Origin: Chrysomallon squamiferum
Taxonomy: Eukaryota > Animalia > Mollusca
NCBI GenBank assembly: GCA_012295275.1
Contig: CM022666.1
Location: 13,330,001 to 13,394,000, forward strand
Reading direction: 5' to 3'
Length of the DNA: 64,000 nucleotides
Shown in pieces: positions 41,878 through 52,296 of the stretch; the stretch's first letter is position 1, and the number at the start of each line of letters is the position of its first letter. The notes under the pieces are model-generated. The model made no database searches, was not told the DNA's origin, and saw only the letters and a program-made list of their open reading frames with translations. Position numbers and translations under genes: made by a program.

Positions 41878-44717
41878 TTCCAAACGTTTATTTGAATTAC
41901 TGAGTACCAGTCTTTGATAATAACAAATGAAAACTATAAAAAAAAAACCCCAAAAACCAAACAAACAAAAAACACATCAATATGCACCAAGGTTGACACC
42001 TTCCTTTTTAATGATTTTTTTTTTTTTTAAAAAAAAAAAAAAAGAAAGTGAAACAGTAATGAATTTTTATTAATGAAATATAAAAAAGAGAAAATGCTTG
42101 TTTCTGTGCATTAGTATTCTTTATTATTAGCAAAGATTGGGTGCTATTTGTTTATATCCCACCAAAGATACACTTTAATACTGAATAAGACACTGTTTTT
42201 TTTTTTTTTTTTTTTTTTTTTTTAGCAATGATAGGGAGTTCTTTGTCATCTTGATTTTGTGATGAGAAATCTAGATTCCATTTTATTTATCCAGATACCG
42301 AAAGGATGTACACAGAAGCCACTGATGCAATTGTTGGCGAGTTCGGTAAAAATTTTACATGGGAAATCAAATGTCAACAGATGGGAAGAAAACAGTCTGA
42401 AAGTGCCAAAATAATTATAGGTTATTAAGGATATATGTATATATAATTTTTTAATTGTTTCTGTAAATTTAATATTAATGTGTATTATACCAAATAATAA
42501 AAATTAATATGGCTGTTTATCTTTATAGTAAAGACAGTATTTATATATATATTATATAACATTAATGTTATGCTGTATTTGTTTATAATTTATATTTATC
42601 TCTTTTGTATTATGGAGTTTTAGTTAACATAGTATATAATTTTAACTAATATTTTGATGTTAAACTGTTACAACCAAATATGGTGTATTGTAAAAATATA
42701 TTTATCGTTGTACAGGTATTTTATTAATATTAATTTTTTTTTTGATTCCTTAGAAATCTATTCAGTTTAGCATTGTTAAACTCCTTGATATAACTAACTT
42801 TTTACATAAGAGTCGGATCTTAAACTTTACTATCTTCTGCTTAGAATGTATCTCTGTTGATCAGTGACTGTGTTAAGTGGTACCAGTTGTTGGTAAAAAT
42901 AAAGTATGACAGTAGAATAATAAACCTGAGGATATAATACCATTTTCTATTTTTCATAACATCTTGTTCACAGAAATATAAAAAAATAAATAAATAAATA
43001 AATAAATAAATAAAATAAATGGACCAAAATATGGCTGAATATTTCAGCACAATATACCACTGTGCTGAATTTTATTAAATGCTGTTCAAGAAAAAACAAA
43101 ATGTTAGCCTGCATTCATTTGTGTGTAGATTTTGCATTTGATTACTTTTTTTTGTTTAACAAAGATTGGTCAGGATACATATTTTTGAGATGATTTTAAT
43201 CTAGGTTTTATTATGAGTTCATTTAGGGTTTATAAAGTTAATAAATAAAGTGAACATGAAAGTAAAATAGTACTAGTATTGATTTCATTTTTCAGATGCC
43301 CTCGATCTTCCACTTACCCCGAAGGAATACATAGAGAGGTGTAAGGAACAGTATGAGAAACTCTTTCCAAAAGTCAAACTTTTGCCTGGTACATTTCAGA
43401 TTTCTTTTATTCTCTTGATCAAATAGGCATTCAGTTGCAAAAATCTTTTCAAGAATTCAAATTGGTGAATTTGAGTTCACAAATTTTTTCAAATTTCTCA
43501 TTAACAGACACAAGATGTTAGTTAATATTAATGAGAAATAAATACAATTTTTTTTCAACTTATTGAAAAACCAGTAAAAATTAGAAATGCTTTTTGGTAT
43601 TATATATTCTGAATATGTGACTTTGATAATATAAAAATGAGAAAAGGAAACTCTTATTCTTGGGACTTAAAATTTAGCATTTTAAAATTTCCTTTTTTCA
43701 GGAGCTGAAAAGATAGTCCACCATCTCCACAAACACAAGGTTCCCATGGCGATTGCAACCGGCTCTACCAGTTACAACTACAATCTGAAGGTCACAAATC
43801 ACAAGGAACTGTTCAGTTTGTTTGACCATGTGGTCCTCAGTGGTGATGACCCAGAGGTCAAACATGGAAAACCGGCACCTGATTGTTTTCTGGTTTGTGC
43901 TAGAAGATTTAAAGACAATCCTTCTCCTGACAAGGTAAGTTTCTCTCATCTCTGTATATTACTGCACATTTGCTTGTATGGATCTATTATGAAATGAATG
44001 AGGCTTAATCTAGGAGGAGCCCCAGATGCAACTTAGTCCTCATTGCTTAAATTTTTTAATTCATGCATCTGAAAAGTAGTCATTAAATTGTAAAAATATT
44101 TATGGTGATGTGCCATGGAACAGGTCCACTGAAGATGAAAACAGTAGTTACCCAGAACTCATTGCTGCATGAAGAGCTAGTTATTATTCTCAGATTCATT
44201 TTTGATAAGAAGTCAGAGAATAAAAAAGAAATTAACAACACTGATGTGAACATTATTATAAGCTATTTTGTTTCATGATAAAGATATTAGAATTTCCCTA
44301 TTGATCATCATGTGCCTCTGATTGATCTTGGTCAGTGGTTTAAATGTCCAGAAAAAAAAAAACATTTCACTGTAGAGTGATCTGTAAAACAATCTCTAAA
44401 TTCTTGCATGAACAAATACAATTGATAGTTAATCAGTTTTAACATGAACCAGTATTACAAGTGTTTATTTACTTGCAGTGATAATTCATCTGTATGTTAT
44501 GAACTGAGAAGTGAATTTTCCTGTTTAAATTCAGGTTCTGGTTTTTGAAGATGCACAGAATGGAGTTGAGGCTGCACATGCAGCAGGGATGCAGGTTGTG
44601 TGGATTCCTGACGAACGAGCAGAACTGAAACACCACAAAGACAAAGCTGCTGTGATTCTCAAATCACTGGAGGAATTTAAACCAGAAGATTTTGGACTTC
44701 CTGCTTTTGACAGTTGA
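41251..44717 (+). CDS. PUDP: Pseudouridine-5'-phosphatase (HDHD1/GS1-like HAD hydrolase), 230 aa, with two alternative versions of exon 2
   Basis: Exons 41251-41308, [41636-41761 or 42295-42420], 43296-43388, 43702-43934 and 44535-44717 total 693 nt. HAD motif I is IFDMDGLLLD(S/T)E, motif II IATGS, motif III GKPAPD and motif IV LVFEDAQNGV; the C-terminus FKPEDFGLPAF is typical of the family. Confidence 0.95.
41636..41761 (+). CDS. PUDP: PUDP alternative exon 2a
   Basis: tttcag|AC...ATAG|gtaaac; 126 bp, phase 1-1, no stop codons; DSERLYAQAAANVVSAFGKSYTWEVQEKEMGCKLLVAAQIVI. Confidence 0.8.
41789..42178. repeat. Inverted repeat spanning most of the intron between PUDP exons 2a and 2b (RNA stem, or TTAA-flanked Kolobok-like MITE relic)
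   Basis: The left arm TTAAAGTATACCTTTGGTGGTACAAATAGC (41789-41818) matches the reverse complement of 42143-42178 (TTAAAGTGTATCTTTGGTGG...ACAAATAGC). TTAA is present at both outer ends. Confidence 0.7.
42295..42420 (+). CDS. PUDP: PUDP alternative exon 2b
   Basis: atccag|AT...ATAG|gttatt; 126 bp, phase 1-1, no stop codons; DTERMYTEATDAIVGEFGKNFTWEIKCQQMGRKQSESAKIII. Confidence 0.88.
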
Positions 44718-45623
44718 TTGTAGTTGAATTATATTTAAATTAAAAAAATATATATTTTTTCAGAATTTTGATTGTTTTTTTTTATTTTTACAGTAATGTG
44801 GCAGATTAGGAAATGGAATTTATCCTTATTTTATACCAATTAAAAATTTAAATTTTAAGAGATTAGATTAGTTATTTTAATAATTCACTGGCATATTAGG
44901 ACATAAATGATGTATACTGATTAATCCAAAAAAAAGGCAGCATATATGGGACCTTCTGATTTATGGTTCTGCAATCTGACAAACATGTTTTCAAATATAC
45001 TTCTTTCTTTCTGCTCCTGAAATATAAGCTAAATGTTAGGATGTTTTAATGCCTTTTAATTCCTTAAATTTAACAAAATTCCAAAATTCCAAGACTGTTA
45101 CTCTACATTATCGTAAAACTTTGTTATTTGTCCTTTACAAGCCACTTTTTCAAAACATCCAATCTTAATAAATTTTGGACTAAGCACTGTCTGCTTTTTT
45201 CTGTCATCACACTTTATATTCTGTTTCACTTTTACTGTCAATCTTCCCAGACAAACACACAGATCTTCTTCCAACTTAAATCTCTTAAGGTATTGTACAT
45301 CAAAAATGTGTGAATTTAAAAATAGCTTCACTTTCAAATCAAATCTATCCATCATGAAAAGTTCCATGTCATATTATCATTAAAAACCTTGTTTACCACT
45401 GCTTCAGTTGTTTTTTTCCAATTTGTTCAGACAACATACCTGAATTGATAGATATACATAATTAATTATCAGATGTCGTATTTAACATTGGTTTGTTATC
45501 CATGAAAGCTTCTTTGTTCATATTCACTGATACTCAGTAAGACAAGTTGTATTTGAAACCGTTTCATTTTACATCCTAGTTTGTTGATTGAATATTCATC
45601 AATATTTAGTATTCACATCATGT

Positions 45624-48600
45624 TCACTTTCCATGACAAATCTGGTCCATGATCACTCCAAGCAGAGCCATGATTTGTAAATACTCATCTGCACCATCCA
45701 TCAAACATTTGTCTACAACCTGCAACAAATTAAAATATACCCGACACAATTATTTTTATTATTTCAGAAGCATCTTAATAAAATATTAATAATAAAATGA
45801 AATGTTGTTAATGATTAAGAAAATACAAATGGATTGTTCCAGTAAGTGTATGTTCTCAAAACTGTGATGTAATGCATTTAAACTGACAATGGTATTGGAA
45901 GTACTCTTTGTTCAGAAATGATACACAAATTACAGTAATATTATAAAATGGAACCTAAGTGTTTAATATTTTTAAATAATTTAAATTATAACCTGTTTTA
46001 TACTGTATGCTACATAATGTACATTTATAGACACAAACTCCAATTAAAAAAACCCGCAAACAAAAGAAAATAAATCCAATCTATAAGATAAAAAAAAAGA
46101 AGGCAAGTTAAAACAATAAGTCTGAAAATAAAATAAAAACGTACAGCCATTTTTTCAAATATCACAGTCTTTGGTTGTCTGATAAATCTTCAGAACAGAT
46201 GAGTTGATCATGCAGCTGAAGGACAATCTGAGATGCTGAGTAACCATCGTTTACCAGTGTCTGAAAAACAATGGCTAATTATTAAATTCTTTATTATATT
46301 CAGATACACCGTTTATCAGTGTGAGAAAAACAATTGTTAATTTTAAAATTCTTTATTATATTCAGATTCATCATATATCCATCTCTAATTATAAATTAAA
46401 AATATACATTAAATTCAGTAAACCATTCTGTGCATCAAGACTTAAAAAAAAACAACAATAATAAATATATATTATTATTTTTTTTTTTTAATATATTAAA
46501 GTTTCTATGGTTATTTTCAATAACATCACTTATCAAACACAGTGATAGTGGAATCTGACTAGTAATTTACATTAACAAGAAATCCAAACAAATACCTACA
46601 ACAACACACCATTAATAGCATCCTCACATGCAATAACATTACCATCAACTCCATTCTCAGCTAAGTCTGATGTTTTTATATATATATATATATATATACA
46701 TCCAAACTGAAAATGTAGTTAGACTATTTCTATGTCCAAGCACCATGTTGTATTGATGTTATCGTCAAAGTACTTACTTTAACCATTTTGTCTAATTTCT
46801 CATACGAATCTGATCTGCAGGTTTTAAGCACTTTACGCATCACTTTTTCTGGACAAATCTAGATGTAAAACAAAACAGAAAAAACATCATTATTATTATT
46901 TAAAACAATTTAAAAAAATAAGTAAAACAATCACCATCTTTCTAAAATTATTCATCAATGATGAAAATAATTTCATTATTGCCATAACCATTAAAACATG
47001 TATTAAGTATGTTTTCAAAGTATAATGAGTTTTTGAAAGGTAAGTTTCTCAGTATACCATAAACAAAGAAATATGAACAGTGGAAAATATTTGAACTTGT
47101 CTACAGATGTAATAAACAACTCCATATGGAGCAGGCCTTAAATGAATGATTCATTATTAAAAAAGGAATGAAAAAGCTGACATGTTTAGAGATTGGTAGA
47201 AAGAAATGAGAAAACTGGAATAAAAATGTAACCAGACAAATCTTGAATGTGAGCTGAAGTTATGGTTTTATGTGAACTTACTAAATTTGTGATTACCAAA
47301 AAAAGAAAATATATATATATGTATATATAATAAGATTTTACACAAGAAATATAAAAACTTATGATGTTAAATAATTGTAATGAAAACCAAGAAAAGTGAG
47401 TTTACAAGTTGAGATGGGTAGAAAGTTCTTTTCCATTAGTTTTAGTTTACTGATGTGGAAATATAGTTTCTTCAGTCCACAAGTGAATATGGAAATCAGA
47501 CAACATCTAGAAATACAGTTCATCCTGTCTATTTCAGTTTACTAATGAGAAAATATGCCAGTGTTTCTTCAGTCTGTAAGTCTATTAAGTGCACATGAAA
47601 ACCAAATAGTATCTGTAAATAGACTCACCCCAGCAATTTCTCTAATATCATCTTCTGTTATGTTCTCATCCCCTTTCAGTCTGAACACACTCTGTAAGTA
47701 TGTGATTGCTTTACGCAGATCTCCCTCAGAGGTTTTGATTAAAGCTATTATAGCCTGGAATTTCATTTATAAAAATTATTTTATGAACTTGTTAAAACTT
47801 CATTGGTATCAAAAATTAATTTTTATTTAAATTATGTTCCAAAAAAACAAACAAAAAAACCCTATAAATTAGATCATTGTGTTTTTAGTTTTATTAAAAT
47901 AGCATGATATTTTTTTAGCGGAATACACCATTTATTCACAACAAAATGTTAATCGTATTGAAAGTTTAATAATAATAATAATAATAAAATTTGAAGCAAG
48001 AGTATTTCAGGTATTATACATTACTGATACATATCAAAAATTGAATTTTTTAAATCGTAACGACAGTTTCTTATTAAATATCAAACATAAACATTGTTCA
48101 CGTTAGTCTTTTTTTCTTAAAATAAAAATGTGTACTCACTGCATCATCACATTTCACATTTTCACATTCGCTGATAAATTGCAGCCTCTTTGTCAGGATT
48201 TCGTCTGTGAGAGGTTTGAATCGGAACTTGGCACACCTGGACGTCAGAGGTTCAATAATACGACTGACGTAGTTACAGATCAGACAGAAGCGGGTAGTTT
48301 TTGACTCCTTTTCCATGGTTCTTCTCAGAGCTGCCTACACATAAATATAATCACTGTTTCTTTAACAAGACCTCAGTATAACACTGATGATGTGGTTACA
48401 GATAACAGAAATACAAAATAAATATAATCATTATTTCCTTAACAACAAAAGAGCTCGACAGATTTTATTATACTGTTAGTGTGTAATGTTGGCATTTGAG
48501 AGAGTAAATGTAATATATATATAATTACCTGAGCTGCACCAGTCATCGAATCAGCTTCATCCAAAATTATGATTTTAAATGGAGGGCAAGGTTTCCCACT

Positions 48601-51307
48601 GTAAAACAGAACATTTTAATCAACCAACTAACACATTTGTGAAGTATGGTAACAATTTTGAAAATGTAAATTATAATGGATTGGTTAAGAATCTAATTAA
48701 AGGCAATTTTTTTCTCAAACATGTAAATATGACAACAGTTTAAAAAGAGCAATGATTTTTTTTTTTCTCATTTTAAACTTTTTCTTTTTGGTATTTCATG
48801 TTTGCTTTTTATAAAATAATATAGAAAATGCATTGTTAGAATTGAATAATACCTCATTTTCTACATATATACAGTTTAATTTGTTTTACCAAAGCACCAC
48901 TGGAACAAAATAGCTGAAGATTAAAAACAACATCTTGAACTTGACATTTATTTCATCAATCAGTCAATCAATTAAAAAAAGAATTTTTTTGACTTTTAAT
49001 AGAAACAGCTGCCAAAGTTACTTTTTAAGAGGCAAAACAAACGACTGCATACTGTAATGAAAAAAACAAAAGCTGCATCTAAACTGTAGGTATACACGTA
49101 AAATAAATAATACTTACTCTGGTTGCGTGCCACTGGCTGTTAACTGAGCAAAATTTTTAACTTTTTCCCGAATAACAGAAATCCCTCTCTCATCAGAGGC
49201 ATTGAGTTCAAGAACTCTATCCTTGAACATGTCTGACCTAAAATTGATTAGAAAATGAAAATCTTTATTTATATACATTAAATAATAACTTAAAAGCAAA
49301 ACAGAACTTTGATCATTTTATTAATTATGTCAACATATAAATAAACTGTCTGCGCTGAATAGTACAAGTGTTCTAGACAAGATGTCTAAGGAAAACACAA
49401 ATATGATAAATTTACAACATGCTATTTTGATACAAGAAACCCAGAACAAAATAACAATTTAATGTAAATGATTTCCTTTTTATTATGGTATCAAAGTAAG
49501 ACATTAAAATTTTGTAGTTTTTTGAGACTACCAATACTTTTGATTATTTATAGCAAAGATTGGTAGCATGAAATGTAACAACCTCAAGGAAATATACAAA
49601 ATATATTTCAGTTAATAACAATACCAACAATGTTCTTTTTAGTAAATAGTTCTTCTATCAACTTAAATTTAAAAAATTCACTCTAATTTTTATTAATATT
49701 ATAATAAAGCATGGCAGTAAAAATTTGCTCAAGGTCAGTATTTTTTATATGATTTATTTTTTTTAAAATTAGATGTAAAAAAAAAAAAAAAAAAAAAATT
49801 AGATAATAATAATAATAATAATAATTAAAAAAAGTTATTGCTTTTTCACAAACTAATTATTTCATCATCTCATTTCACTATTATATACAAGTAATAACAA
49901 AGACCAGCACAAATAAAAGAAATGAATTTTGAAAACAAAATATATATTTATATCCTTTAAGTGAAAAATTCTGTAGTTTGAGAGAAAGTAATAAACATAA
50001 TTCTAGAATCCTTTCTGCCTACCCAAAGAGTTCTCGTGCTGCTGCCAAAATTGTAGATGTTTTTCCTGTTCCAGGCGGCCCATAAAACAGTAACATAGGT
50101 AACTGTAACAAAAAAATTAAAATAATTTATTATCAGTTACTATCATTTGAAAATGTTTTTGTTTTTGTAAAGCAATTTAGTTTTTTGTATTATTTTTTTT
50201 TTTTTAAAGATAAATCTGATATGAAACATTAATAAAACATTTGACCGTGTTTGATTTTGAAATAGGTTACATTAAAGAAGAATTTTTGAATTACTCCCAA
50301 AACAGTTCACATCTCTTATAAGTTTACATAATGCTAAATATATAAAATATGTTCATGTATGTAATTACAAATGTTTATCCCTTCAGAACTTTATCAGTAT
50401 ACTTTAAATAACCATTAAACCATTGACAAAATATAATAATAACTGTTCAGAAACTCCTTGCTTTACAAATTTAACAACAGTTTGTAGTTTTCATAAGACT
50501 AATGTCATTCTATATTTTCATTTTTTTTTAAACAAAATTATGTAAAAACATGAAATCAAATCTGTTTTTAAAAAATATTATTGAAAAGTCTGTTGAGTTT
50601 TGAGCGATATTTAATGGAATGTTAACTTACATCTGCACCTTCTAAAGACTTTTTGAGAACAGAAATCACTTCATCTTGATAAGCAACATCCTCAATTTTC
50701 TTTGGACGACTGAAATTAAATTATACAATTATTAATTACTCAAAATGTCTCTATATTTGTACATTTGTTGAAAGACACCAAAGCACAAAAATAATGCTGC
50801 TATAAAACATTTTAAAAATATATTTGTTAACTGCAGATTTTAAAAAATGTCTAAATATTAATACATATAAAAAACAGATTTTGATACAAGTGTAAAAATT
50901 ACTGTTTCTTTTTAAAAACTTATTATTAGTTAAGAACTTAAGAAGTAAATCTTAGTGTTATGCTACAAAATAACACATTGATCCTTTTTATTTTTATTTG
51001 TTCCAGTGAAACATTTAATTTTAATACAGTATAATAGTATTTGAGGATGCATCAATCTGACACTATTTAATTTTTTGTGATCTCATTTTGAACTCAGTAA
51101 CACAGATAATCCCTGGCAGACTGAGTATACAGCAAATTTCTAATGACTGATTGTGCTAGGTTCCTGCTCTATAAAAACACACACTTACTATTTTTCTACC
51201 CAGGGTACATGTTTTTTAGATTTAGAAGGTTTGTCACTGCTTCCAGGCTGTGACTTGTCCTTGCTTTTTTGTGCTGCAGCTGAACCTCCTTTAAGAAAGG
51301 CATGCAT
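45624..51307 (-). CDS. RFC4: Replication factor C subunit 4 (~360 aa); apparent 1-bp deletion in coding exon 9
   Basis: Coding exons 51307-51189, 50709-50631, 50102-50023, 49237-49118, 48598-48529, 48334-48140, 47754-47629, 46858-46778, 46260-46145 and 45719-45624. Motifs include MHAFLKG, PWVEKYRP, Walker [19 protein letters not shown], Walker [21 protein letters not shown] and the C-terminal [14 protein letters not shown]. Confidence 0.96.
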
Positions 51308-52099
51308 TGTTCTGAAAAACAAAACAAACTAACGAAAGTTGAATGTTTGTTATTTAGTACAGCATAACTATGTTACTATGTAAGCACGATTCATGTTTTA
51401 GTGATCAATATTAATACTAATAATGTATGATTTAGTCAATTATTAATTTATTATTGTAGTTAGCAAATGTTTATTTTTTTTTTATCTGTTTATTATAATT
51501 TATTTACAAGTATTACTGTTAGCTTTCCCAAACTGTATTTACTTTTATGTTGATAATGTATTATGAATAGAAAATTTATTGCAAAAATGTCTTGCTATAA
51601 CACTAACAGTGTAATTGTAAGTATCAGTTTCTATCTTCAGAATAAGTTCAATAACTTGAATAAGAATAACCAGGATTATATTCTTAGTTTCTTTTAATAT
51701 TAAACGTTTCCTTTCGTTTTAATGAAGAAAAGTAAAATATTTCACATATTAATATATATAATTATAAATTATAATATAGTATAACTATATATGTTTTACT
51801 TTTAGATAAGAAAATGTTATTCACAATTAAAATAATTAATAAGTTAATAAACACTTGAATTACGAATACAATTAATTAATAGAGATTATATTTATGTCCC
51901 TTTATCATTTTATGATTTATCAATGTGATGAATATCATTATGATTATCAATTATTATTATTATGATCGTCACTTTATCAAGTACTGAGGTAATAATTTAG
52001 TTGCCTTCCCTTAAAACAAATTCCAGTGTCTTTACAAGACTTAAATAAATAATATATTGAAAACACATAAGCAAAATAAAATAACTTAAATTAATTACC

Positions 52100-52296
52100 A
52101 GTTTAAATGTCAGTGATTTCTTAGTTTGTTATATTCCCGCCAGATATATGGCCGTACCGGAAGTAAAATAAACATGTTTACTTCCGGTAACAAATTGTGT
52201 TTTATGAATGGAGAAGAAGCAGTTATATTATGTGATGTGACCAAATAATTAATAAATAATTATTTATATATTTTTTTTCGTGATTAAATCACTGTG
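52100..52296. promoter_or_regulatory. Bidirectional promoter of RFC4 and GTF2F2
   Basis: The start codons diverge ~990 bp apart. RFC4 probably has a non-coding first exon ending at ~52099 (CTG|GTAATT donor, acceptor 4 nt before the ATG). The region has an E2F-like TTCCCGCC (52134-41) and two inverted ETS sites, CCGGAAGT (52157-64) and ACTTCCGG (52180-87). Confidence 0.75.

Noticed and set aside
45098-45367. 89-aa minus-strand ORF between the PUDP and RFC4 stop codons
   Set aside because: It has no recognisable domain or exon partners and is most likely RFC4 3' UTR; ribosome profiling or homology would be needed.
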